From NCBI RefSeq assembly GCF_009914755.1, contig NC_060925.1: a stretch of DNA of 64,000 nt, one strand, 5' to 3'. A program made the position numbers and the translations under genes. The notes under the pieces were generated by a model. The model searched no databases. It had not been told where the DNA came from and was given only the letters and a program-made list of their open reading frames with translations. This DNA comes from the human T2T-CHM13v2.0 reference genome, Homo sapiens. This document shows positions 26,690 through 40,044 of this stretch, piece by piece (positions within the stretch are counted from its first letter, which is position 1; every line of letters starts with the position of its first letter).

Positions 26690-28960
26690 TTACAAATCAG
26701 AATTTTTAAAAAGGCAGAATAAACATCTTGTAATAAACTTAATAAGAAATATGTAAAAGAAGAAAAACATATTGAAATGTATATCATGTTCTTAAATAGA
26801 AAAGTTCAGTATAACAATGTCAGCTCTCCCTTAGTTAATCTACTATTTTTATGTGATCCTGATAAAACAGCCAACAGGAAGTAAAGTTAACAAGCTGATT
26901 ATAATATATCTATGGGGAAAAGAAAATTCAAGAATGAACATAGAATTCTAAACAGGGAAGATAATAAGGAAAGAATGTAATTAAAACACTGTGCTGCTAT
27001 CACATGAATAGACAGACATATCAATGAAACAGATTAGAAAGTCCAGGAATGGACACAAAAAAACCACACAGGAATTATAATAAAAAATGAATTTTCAAAT
27101 CAACGGAGAAAATATGGATTATTCAATAAATGGTATTAAAACATCTGACTAGTAAAGCAGGAAAAAGAAACACATTTGGATGAATACCTTATATTATATA
27201 TCAAGAAAAAGTCCAAGTTGATCAAATATCTGAATCCTAAAACCAAAACCATAAAAGCACTAAGAAAAAAATGGAAGAATTTTGTTTAATCTCAAAGTTG
27301 GAAAGGTCTTCCTATACGTGAAGGAAAAAACTGAAGTCACAAAGGAAAATATTGATAAATCCAACTCTGTAGAAATAAAAATGCATACATAAAAACATCC
27401 AGTATAAATCAGAAGATAAATGACAGACTGGGAAAAAGTATTTGCAACTCATATTCAAAGGCCTAATTTCTTTAACGAATAAGAAACAAAATCAATGATT
27501 CAAAGAAAAACATGAAGAAGAAATAGCAAAAGACAATTTGTAGAAAGGAAAATCAAGCAATTATAAAAATTAAGGGGTATTCAATCTCAGTCCTTATTTT
27601 TTAAAAGTGTTAATCAAAACTACAATGAGCTGTAAGTTTTCATCTATTGCATCATCAAAGAGCAAAAGTTTGAGAATTCACCAGATTGCTCTGCCAGTTT
27701 TAGGGTTATTGTCCCTCAGCTCCAATCCCACCTTCTGAACCTGTGATGCTGGTGCTGGCACTCTGCACCCCACATTCATCATTGCCATCTGGCTCCCTGG
27801 TAGGCTCAGCCAATGAGAGGTACAAGAGGTAGAGAGCAAAGCTGAAAGAGGAAAAAGGGACTTATTCCTCCCGGTCCGCTTCCTGTTCCTGTCAACTTCA
27901 CCTCAGCGCATTCTTTCACCTGCAGCATCAGTTCTTCGCCACTGCAGCAGCTGAGCCCAGTTTACAGTTTTTCCACCACCTGTAGATTCAGCCTGATTAT
28001 TCTCCCCTCAGAGAACCATCACTAGCCAACCAGTGCTCCCTGCTAGAAGTCTGGTCACAGCCCCAGCGGGTTCCTCCCCCAAGCTCACGGTATCAGATGA
28101 ACCATACTCCATGCTCAGAGATCTGGGTTTCAATACTGGAGGTCCCTCCTCTGAGTTTCTCAATTTTAATAATTTCAACTTCTTCACTTGTTCTCCTTAC
28201 CCCTAGAGATGGTGGCTGTTTTCTGCAATTGCTACTTCCCTGATACCTTAGTATTCCATTCTTGCCTTAATTTTCTTCTTAACAACTTTACACGTAGTCA
28301 ACAATTCTTTGTATTAAATTCTTCCTGTTGAAATAGTTGGTGCGGCTTCTGATTGGATCTTGACAGTACAAGTAGCCAAAGTTGTGGAAACACTGGTAAT
28401 TTTGTACATTGTTGGAGGGAGCATTAACTGATACATCCCCCACCCCTTGCCCTCTTCTCCCCAAGAAGGCTGGCAATTGACTGGCAATTTTACTTCTAGG
28501 ATTTATCTTACAAATAGATATATATGTGTGAAAATACTGTGTATAAAAAGAAATTAATTGTAGCTTTGTTTGTAAAATCAAAAGAGTGGAGAGGAAATTT
28601 AAATTCAACAACAGGAAATGTAAAATAAATTACAGTCTATTAATTAGTGAAACACTGAGTAGAAATCAAAAGTAATCTTTAAAAAGCTCTATACAGCACC
28701 AATAGGGATGATCTCCAAGATATTGGTAAATACAAAGAGGGAGGTGTGAAACAATGTGTCTGTATGTTTCTCCTTGCATTTTTTAATTTAAAAATATATA
28801 TTTGCACAGAATATTTCTGGGAGGATACACAAGAAACTATGTGCCTAGAGAAGGGGGATGATGAGAAAGATTTAGATTTTACTGTGTACTCTTTTGGACT
28901 TCCTGAATTTTGTAGTATATACATGTATTATCTATTAGAAAAAATTAATGCAAATAAAAT
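26690..28960 (+). mobile_element. Old L1ME-like ORF2/3' remnant, interrupted by an LTR
   Basis: ggattattcaataaatggtatt, gacagactgggaaaaagtatttgcaact, gcaattttacttctaggatttatc. Confidence 0.75.
27692..28370 (+). mobile_element. LTR33/LTR16-like ERVL LTR
   Basis: GC-richer TG...CA block within the L1, ending attaaattcttcctgttgaaata...ctgattggatcttgacagtaca. Confidence 0.7.
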
Positions 28961-28999
28961 TAAAATATCTAGTGGGGGAGAAGAAGTACAGAGGATTTT

Positions 29000-31210
29000 T
29001 CAGTTCCAATTGCAAACTGTGTAAAAATATATATCTTTTCTCCCTCTCCCAAGGCCACATTAAAAAGATGTTAAGAGAATAAAAATTATATATACTCACA
29101 ACAATGAAGATAATAAGGAAGAAACTACTAGCAAGTGAAATATTTCTAAACATGTCTGGAAAAGGAAAATGTAGATGGCAGATTCTGACACTGGGCAACA
29201 AAAAATTATACACTAGAATATATGAGGGAGTTGGGGGAGCTGCAGCCAAGAAGGAAGAAAATCAACCCCGGGGAACCTAGAAAAACACAGCCTGTCTCAG
29301 AGGCTTCCAACCACAGACAGTAGGAACTAAGCCCCGAATACTTAACAAAATCAACTCTAGCTATCCTTCCTCTAATCCCTTGTCCAGAATGGTTGATATC
29401 GAAGTGTTTTGCTTTTAGGCCAAAAATAAATACATAAACAAAGGACGCTTTTCTAAGGAAATTGACCAAAATAGCACAAAGGGAGCTAGTGATGGAGTTG
29501 AGGTCCCAAAGGTCTAGGAGCCCTTCAGATTGTGTTATTTAAGGATCCCTGGCCTGCAAGCTGGCTCCCCATACTCATCTGAAAAAGAAATCTCACCGAT
29601 GGATGCACGCACTGAACTCTCTCTGTAGTCCTGTTTTTAAATATGATGCATAAAAGTCCATTAGATAATCGAGGGAAGAATGCAACATGTAGGTAAAAGA
29701 CCGAAATAAGAGGAGAAAAGTAACTCTAAAGGTGGCACAGATGATTTAGGAAACAGAAGAGAATTTTAAAATAGAACTCTTATATTCTCAGAGATTATAA
29801 TCAAGTGGATACTATGAAAAAGGAGCAATCAGAGAACCAAAAAAGGCACTTCGAAATAAAATATATTATTGCCAAATTAAGAATTATTAATTATTAATAT
29901 AAAATTGAGAAAATATCTCTGAAACTAGAACTTAACGTGTTCAAAGCAAACACAAAGAAGCACAAAATAAAACCATAAGAAGGCCAATCCTGAAGTTCCA
30001 ATATTCAACCAGTATGAACTCTAGAAAGAGAAAACAGAGATTGGGTAAGAATAAAATAAATAATATAAGAAATTCCCAAAATTAGATAAACAATTTTCCA
30101 GACTGAGATGGACTACTAAGTAACCAAAACAATGAATGGAGGAAAAAATGCCCACATCTGGTCCCAAATTTTTGGAATTTCAGAACAGCAGGGATAAGAA
30201 GAAAATACTAAAAATTTCTAGAGAAGAACAGAACAGTTCACTAAGTAATGAGAAACAGATTGACATCAGACTGGGCAAATCAGTGCAAATTTTAGTAGAG
30301 AAAAACCTCCAAAGTAATAAAACAAAAAATACTTTCAATTTAGAACTCAATAGTCATTTTGACATCAATCCAGATGTCGTGAGAGCAGAAATAAAGACAT
30401 TTTTAGACATTTAAGATCCCAGGGTATCCATCTCCTTCACACCATTCCTTGGAAATTACTACAAGACATGCTCCAGAAAAGAGTATAAGAGGCAAACCAA
30501 AAAAGACAAAGATATGAGATCAAAGACTGGAACTCCAATATAGGAAAGTAATGAAAGGAAGACTCAAAATGACACCTTTTAGGCCAACCTAAATAATAAT
30601 CAGCCCTGATTAGAGATCAGGGTTCCACAAAAGAGGTATCAATAGGTCAGGGTTGTGTGGAGGGAAATAAAAGGATGCCTTTGGTTTGATAGTATCGTTG
30701 CTGCTACAAAGACAGATAATAGGGGAACAAAAGATAATTAGACAAAGAAAAACAATAGGGGAACAAAAGATAATTAGAAACTCCAAGAAACAAACAACAA
30801 CAACAAAGAGCTGAAAAGGAAACACAGTCATACCATAATATTTGGCTCTGCAGTGAACAATAGTCACAAAATTATAATCATGTAAACACTACTGAGCCTC
30901 TGCTTTTAAAATTGATCAGTAAACAAAACTCATAATTTTTATTGTGTTAAGAATAGATCATAACACTATTACATTTAGTGATCTAAAAATATAAAACAAG
31001 AGAGAAATGAAAAGGGAAGGAAAGAACTAAAAGAAAGTATAGGGATACTGATTGTTTTGTTCTGTAAAATGTAACGTGAGGTGCAAAGAAATACTGGATA
31101 CAGTTTCTCTGCTGTCTAGAATTAAAGTAAATGTTGCAAAGTAATTAGCAGACTAAAATGGTGACACACCTTCATTTAGGGGAGAGGGAAAGATAAGCTG
31201 ACTCTTTATC

Positions 31211-31256
<46 letters not shown>

Positions 31257-31750
31257 GTTTTGAGATGGAGTCTCACTCTGTCTTGCCCAAGCTGTAGTGC
31301 AGTGGCATGATCTCGGCTTACTGCAGCCTCTACCTCCTGGGCTCAAGCAATTCACCTGTCCCAGCTGCCTGAGTAGCTGGGACTACAGGCATGTGCCACC
31401 ACACCCGGATTATGTTGTATTTTTAGTTAGAGACAGGGTTTCACCACTTTGGCCAGGCTAGTCTGGAACTCCTGACCTCATGTGTTCCACCTGCCTCGGC
31501 CTCCTAAACCTTTTCTATTATAATAGGAAGTCTATAGATAATGTTTAAAATTGGTAAAATAAGAAATAGCAACGTAAGACTTTTTTAGAGAAGTGGAGGC
31601 TACCTCCGTAAAATTATAAATAATTTTCAAAGTTCAAAGCGATTACCTCCATGGAGTGTGATTGGGAGTGGAATGGTAAAGCAAGAGACTGCTGTTTTTC
31701 TTTAAAACACTTCTGCACTATTTCACCTTTTCGTTACAGGCATAAATTGG
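29000..31750 (+). mobile_element. Old L1M/HAL1-like 5'/ORF1 remnant
   Basis: The 30136-30414 translation (KFLEFQNSRDKKKILKISRE) resembles L1 ORF1. Confidence 0.6.
31211..31507 (-). mobile_element. Alu, 5'-truncated, with an (ATT)n tail
   Basis: Alu body ends at ctcggcctcctaaa; tail converted to a trinucleotide repeat. Confidence 0.92.
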
Positions 31751-32177
31751 TTGGATAAAATGTAAATATATCTATAAAATTGTAAAGGAAGTGCTACTTC
31801 ACGTATTTGTGAGAGTTTGGACATTGGGGATTTCACATAGATGTGGGAAATGTAAACAAGACCAATAAATATCTTATGTGATTATTTAAACTGGCCTAAT
31901 AATCTTTCCACTATTTTCTTTGAGGTTTTCAGTCAGAATAAAATGAACAATTTGAAAAGTGCATGAAATTTTCTAGCGACGCAAAAAACTGTTCCTTCAA
32001 TTCCCAAAGTGTTAGTAAATTAAGATAAGGAAAAAATAAAAACAAAACAAAATACTGAATAGGCTATGAGAAGACCGAGGGTTTTTGCCCCACATCTGAA
32101 TCTGACTCACCATTGGATTTTTAGAAAATCAGTGTTCTGCTGGCATTTGGTAAGTGCTTCTGCAAAGTGCTTCTAGA

Positions 32178-33152
<975 letters not shown>

Positions 33153-35037
33153 CTAAGTAGTTGTTACAACTCTTTCCAAGCATATGGTTCTCATTTTTAA
33201 TAGCCCCTGTTTTGCAATATGTTTTTCATTCTAATATGGAGCAGAGTGTGCTCTCTAGATGGTTATCTAGTGATAAAAAAATAAAGGGCAACCTAACTAT
33301 ATGGCCAGTTGGGCATCAGATGACTATCTAGCAAGATTATAGTCACCCAAACATCTAGGAAGTATCCAGATAGTCTAGAATATTGGTTGCTTTCTTCCTC
33401 CTATCCGTTCTTGTGTAGAGGCCAAATGCAATGAGCATGGATGTTCCAGGCACCTGGTGGGTCTCCTTCAGCATCTGTTGTACCAAGTGGGATAGATATC
33501 CCACCGCCTTCCTATACCCATTGCAAACATGTCACTAAATATCTGTTGTTAAGCAGCCAATCCATACCTTATCAGATCTCAATACCCTACTCATACTATT
33601 TATTCTACCTAGAATTTTCTTCTCAAAGTTCTGCACTAAGCAAAATTCGACTTGACTTTCAAATTTTACTAAAATACAATGTCTCCTGTGAAGACTTCCT
33701 TGGCTGCTCTTTTCTTGCTCTCCTCCCTCCCTATTGTCTAAGAAGAATAGATCAAACTCACCAGTCTTTACTTACACACACACACGCCCCAACCTATATA
33801 TATACACACCTACATGTATATCTGCATATACATCTGATATAGGTAACACACATACATGTGTATTATATGTCATACATATACATATATGTACCAGAACATT
33901 TATATCATGAAAGCATAGCCATATGTTTATATGAGTCCTCTCTTGCTAGACTGAGGGCTATCGAATGGCAAAGACTGTCTCATTCAAGTCTTTAGCTATA
34001 GGGTTTCATTCAATAAGAGGCTCTCAGTAAATACGTATTAGATCAGTGGGGGAGTAGATGAAAAAACTGAAGGATTTCCTGAAATTTTTACGGAAGTGTT
34101 TCTGTTTTCATTGCTGTCATTCTTAATATTTTCTCATGACGCATCATATCCCTTTACTTATCTGTAACTTACAAAGTCTTTTTGTGTTGGGTTTGCAGGA
34201 CTACAAAAATGTGTCTCAGGACACATTGACAATGGGGATTCCCACCTCTGTAATCTTTTGTAGGCAGCTGCTTATCTCCTCTGTACTACAAATGTCAGAG
34301 AAAACTTCCCATTGTCAATATTCCCTCACGCCTTGTACTGATACCTCTAGAAACGCTTTAAGTGCCCCAGTGCCTTTTATGGTAGATGGAGCAGAAATGG
34401 CAATAGGCATCCTCCACATCAGTATTTATCCCCATGATTTTGTCTTTCTTGTTCCTTACTGACACTCTCTGTTTCTTCTCTAACTCTTCTGTTGCTTCCT
34501 GCAACTTGAGCCTAATTCTATTCCTACTGGGTGCTCCTGGCTAAAGGTCATCCTGCCCTGTTGACACCAAGTGTATATGATCCTCCACGCCCTATTGCAA
34601 AAGCTTAGGAAGGGGGCTGCTCATTGGGTTTTTAATCTCCTCCAAAGCCCCTTTATTGCTGTTTATCCTGGGTCCATTTCCTTAGTTCCAGGACCTGCTT
34701 CAGAGATCGGCCTCCCCATCCTCTCAAGACAGCCATCTGTCTTGGTCACCGCACACTCCCTGCCTCTCAGTGAGAGCCACACTTAACTTTGTATCAGAGA
34801 GACTGCATGTCTTTTATTGAAATATCTTAGACCCACATCCTGATACCAAACATTCTCATAACGCTGTATTTTCTCTCCTACTTGAAGCATGAAGTTTTCA
34901 TATCATCTCAGATCCTTAAAATAAAACCTATCCAGGGTGCAATTTTGACTAGCAATACATAAAATGTCACAACAAACATAACGTTTCCTGGAGTACCTTT
35001 GATACTCTAGGCCTCACAGTCCCGAGAGAAAGAATAA

Positions 35038-35457
<420 letters not shown>

Positions 35458-35834
35458 CACTTTTTTTAAACTAAATAGCAAATATAGATAAACTCACCTC
35501 TAATGAAGAAAGGGAAAAATAAAATACAGTAGGGTCCTAAGAAAAATACTGCCCCAAACAAGGAATAAATACATAAAGTGCATACTTCTAAAGATTTTCC
35601 CCAGAATACTTTAAACAATTTGATAACAACTTGCTTGCCCTCTGGTAGAAACAAGAGAAAAGTAGGCCCTCAGCGTGATAGTAGGCAATTTTTAAACCTA
35701 CCCAAATTTTATCTTTTTATTATTCCAGTGAAGGTCTCTACTTCCTTGCTCTCCTAATTATAAGGTTTTATGATTGAGATTACTCTCGCTTTCACACTAC
35801 ACTTATTTTCCTTTATCTCAAGGAAGGAGTCTAG

Positions 35835-36210
35835 TTTTGCTCTATTCAATACAATATCTGCTAGCCACATGTGGCAATTTAATTTTTAACTAAAATTAAA
35901 TAAGATTTAAAATGCAATTCTTCAGCCATACTCGCCATGTTTCAAGTGCTCATAGCCACATTTGGCTAGTGACTATTTGGAAAACGCAGATAGAAAACGT
36001 TGCCACCTAACATTAGGTATATCTCCTAATGCTATCCCTCCCCCCTCCCCCCACCACACATGGGTGCAGCACACCAACATGGCACATGTATATATATGTA
36101 ACTAACCTGCACGTTGTGCACATGTACCCTAAAACTTAAAGTATAATAAAAAAAAGAAAGAAAGAAAACGTTGCCATCACCATAGAAAGTTCTACTGGAC
36201 AGCACTGGTC
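35835..36210. mobile_element. MER3-like hAT-Charlie element, split by an L1PA insertion
   Basis: ctagccacatgtggc...tttcaagtgctcatagccacat...gaaagttctactggacagcactg. Confidence 0.8.
36006..36162 (+). mobile_element. 5'-inverted (twin-primed) L1PA 3' end
   Basis: Antisense part 36006-~36058, sense part to the A-tail; 14-bp TSD AGAAAACGTTGCCA at 35992-36005 and 36163-36176. Confidence 0.92.
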
Positions 36211-36934
36211 TAGAGGAATTCCCATTTCAGTTAGGGTTGATTAAAGTCCCTTTATAATAATAGTACAGAAAGGTAATATTGCCACAGAGGATTTATAAAA
36301 CTCAGAGCCAAAATGTCTTGCCCTTTTAAATGTGACTAAAACTCCTAGTGCCATAGAGTATGGTGCAAGCAGTTCACACATAAAAAGATAGGAGCTCTGC
36401 CTGGGCATAGACGTTTATGGACACTGATGAGGTGGAACAGGAAGAGGATTAATAAAATATTGATTTTTAAAAAGTGATAACTCGTGAGCTGAATGCAAGG
36501 TACTCAGAGGCAGCACTGAAAGTGGCATGACGTGATCACTTTAGGAGTAGTCAGGACATGTCCTAAATTCCCTTAGCCAGCTTTTCAGAGATCATCCCTC
36601 AGTTCAGCTATGAAAGGGTGGAAAGCAGGGGTAAGATTGTAGAAATGAGCACTGGAAATCATAAGATCAGGATTCTATTTCCAGTATCGAAACTCACCAC
36701 TCCAGAGCCTGTGTGTGTGGTGTGCAGATGTGCACACAGTGTCTAGCCAAGGGAATGAGTGGGGACTGCTATCTCCCCACACTACACTCACTGAGCCATG
36801 CACCATGGCATAACATTAACCCATTCATTCATATAAAAGCACCATGTGGGCTAGCAGGAGCCCAAATGAGCCTTGCGGATTTTATTTAATTCTTCTTCTC
36901 TAGCATTCCAGTTATATCTTCTGTAAAATAAATG

Positions 36935-37345
36935 CAATAGACTGAATAGCTATATCCTAATTCTTGAAAACAGTGAGTATGTTTCCTCATATGACAAAAG
37001 GGACTTTGCAATTGTAATTAAATTAGGGATCCAGAGATTATCGTGGATTATATAGGTGAGCTTGATGTAATGACAAGGGTCTTTATGAAAGAAAGGCAGG
37101 AAGTCAAAGACAGAGAAAATGCTGTAACACTAGCTCTGAGGATGGAGGAAGAGGCCACAAACCAAGGAATACAGGCAGCCTCCAACTGCTGGAAAAGGCA
37201 GGAAAACAGATTCTCCCCTAAAGCCTCCAGAAAGAATACAACCCTGAGGATACATCCATCTTACACTTACAACGTCCAGAACTGTAAGATAATAATGTCT
37301 GTTGGTGCTGTTTTAAGCCACTAAACTTGTGGTCACTTGATACAG
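36935..37345 (+). mobile_element. MLT1-family MaLR LTR
   Basis: aaaagggactttgca...ggaaaaggcaggaaaacagattctcccc...ttttaagccactaaacttgtgg...cagcagaaatagaaaact. Confidence 0.85.
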
Positions 37346-37488
37346 CAGAAATAGAAAACTCAACCAATGGCATGTTGAGTTATGTCTAAAATCCTTTTCA
37401 ACTTAACAAACTAATTCCACAGCTTCGATTCGTTCTGAAAAAAAAAAATGTAGAACATATGGCTTACTTTTCACTTAAGAAGAAACAC

Positions 37489-37944
<456 letters not shown>

Positions 37945-37977
37945 TCAGGACCTCTGCTTTTTAGCGGGATCGCAGCC

Positions 37978-38859
37978 CCAGAACCGCAGCCGGGGCTTGG
38001 TGAACACTCCACTGTGCACCTCAAACACCAGCACTATCCAGTCCAGGACACTAAAACTGAAGGCCACCCCCCCACCCCCCGACCATGATACACTGTGTTT
38101 CTCTCTTCTGGTCACAACACATAGTACTACATGTTCACTTCAATGTCTCCCACAAGGACTGGTTCTTATCAAAGACCACCTGCAAGGAATCTGCTCCTGC
38201 CCCCAGAATAATGCTTATCTCTGTTCCCACAGAGCATTGCTTTTCCAAATACCTCTTCACCACAGGCTTCCCATCGACCCAGAGCTCAGTAATCCCTGAA
38301 GTGGACCCCCTGGAACCCACAGATGTGCAGCAAAGTAAGAATGGCCCAAAGACCTTGAAAAGGCCTCCCATCCCACTCAATGAGTACAATATAAAGCAGT
38401 CTCTTTCCTCATAAGGCAGTCTTACTAGCTTGGGTCTAGGCATCACAAAAAGAGGTTGCACCCACAGGCAGAGTCAGGGTGGACTTCAACTGACTAGTGA
38501 ACACCACTCTTGATTTCTATTGTGCTTATCTGGTCACAAAGAAATTCTTGCTGTCTTTGGGAAACACGAGAGCCTTTTTGCCCATGTCTGTGGAAGAAAT
38601 AAAAGGTTGGACGTAAGAAATTGAATTATCTAGTATATTTATAAAAGACAATATAAGAAACAGGAGATTCACTCCTTCTCTTAATCTCACAATTCTGGGT
38701 GTTCTCCACTCCGTGCATCCTCTCTCCAGCCCACACAAGGCTCTTCAAAGTCTCAGACCAGGGACTGGCTCTCAGACGTAGCCTGGGGCTACAAACTGAC
38801 TTCTGAGCCAAGGTACAGGAAGGCTGATGAGGACCAGGAAACAGTGAGAGTTTTGCCAG
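37978..38859 (-). pseudogene. Second, highly decayed non-processed CRP-like pentraxin pseudogene: exon 1 38859-38801, intron 38800-38588, exon 2 38587-37978
   Basis: Exon 1: (CTG in place of ATG) AKLSL/FLVLISL/CTLAQ, then donor gtcagt. Acceptor atttcttccacag, then DMGKKALVFPKDSKNFFVT...VFT...NLF...LHICG/STSGITELWVDGKPVVKRYLEKQCSVGTEISIILG/QEQ/DS...FDKNQSL/GDIE-VNM*YYVL*PEERNTVYHG/AFSFSVLDWIVLVFEVHSGVFTKPRLRF; the ancestral stop position reads TGG. Many stops and frameshifts, but all pentraxin blocks are present in order with near-correct spacing. Confidence 0.9.
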
Positions 38860-38961
38860 TTCAGTCTTCCTGCTGTTATTCTCTATGGTGAGAATGTCAG
38901 TATCTGAATTCTCAGGGCATAAATGTCTTAGACACCCTTGAATCCAAATATTAGCAAATGT

Positions 38962-38975
38962 GTGAATCATTTTCC
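38962..38975 (-). promoter_or_regulatory. Proximal HNF1-like element upstream of the second pseudogene
   Basis: Minus strand CAGTTTTGGAAAATGATTCAC, directly alignable to 61110-61130. Confidence 0.6.
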
Positions 38976-39046
38976 AAAACTGCCTATGAAGGCATTAATT
39001 TGGAGACAAAGTGCAGGATCATTCTCAGGCTGGGAAATTGAAGAAA

Positions 39047-39059
39047 GTCATTTATTAGA
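39047..39059 (-). promoter_or_regulatory. Distal HNF1-like element upstream of the second pseudogene
   Basis: GTCATTTATTAGA is 12/13 identical to 61206-61218 and at a similar spacing from the proximal site. Confidence 0.55.
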
Positions 39060-40044
39060 GTTTCTGGCATTCCCAGAGCACCACATTTCTATGGTCATAA
39101 TTAAAAACTTGGGGAAAATTAATTCCATTCACCATTTTAAGGAAACTATTCAAAATATGAAGACCCTTTTTTCATTCTAGCATTATTTAAAGGGGTAAAC
39201 AAGTAGACCAAATACTCATTCTGCCCACTGATTCAAGCCAGAAACCCCTCAACTGCCTTGTCTTCCTAACTTCCAGTAACCTCTTCCCCCATAAGCACTT
39301 TTCAGATCTTTATATCCCTCCAGCATCACTGATTAGAACCATGTAATCTCCCACCTGGATCTCAACAAACCTCTGCTTTATGTCTTCACAGTCCTCCTGT
39401 CCCTCTCCAAACTAGTTTTCACAAAGCAGCTAGAGCAATCATTCTAAAATAAAACTATCAATTCTCACACTTGAAATATTTCAGTGGATCCCTATATTAG
39501 GATTTTCAATCATCTGCATGAAATCCACTCCAGGGGGCTTAACCAAATGTGGGTTTTTTCACCTCACTCCATAAACAGTCTGCAAGGAGGGAGCTCGGTA
39601 CTGGTACAGTAGCTCTGCAGTGACATCCGGGAAGCAAAATTGTTCTGTCTCTGTTCTACCCTCCCTAGCGATGACTTCTAGCCATTGCTGCCATTTGAGA
39701 AAGAAGAGTAAGGAAATAAATCAGCAGAAACTGCAAACTTCCACTCGGTATCAATTGGCCACACTGGTTCACACAGCCACTCCTATCTCCAAGGAAGTAT
39801 AGAGAAAGTTGAGTATTTTAACCTTCTAGTCACTAAAGAAAAGCAAGGCAAGGAAAAAATGGGATTGGAATGAGTGTTAAGTGAGCCAACCCTCTTAACT
39901 CTTAAGAACCTCAGGACGCATTATAAGCTCCTTAACAACTGGAGCCATGTTTGATCCTCTAGCTTCATTTCTCTCAACACCCCAGTGTTGACTTCTCAAT
40001 TCTTTTTGATTTTTCAATGCTTAAAACATGGCAGTATCTCTCTT

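Noticed and set aside
34709-34735. ggcctccccatcctctcaagacagcca resembling the WVDGKP region of the pseudogenes
   Set aside because: The similarity does not extend on either side; no GQEQDS or WES equivalent.
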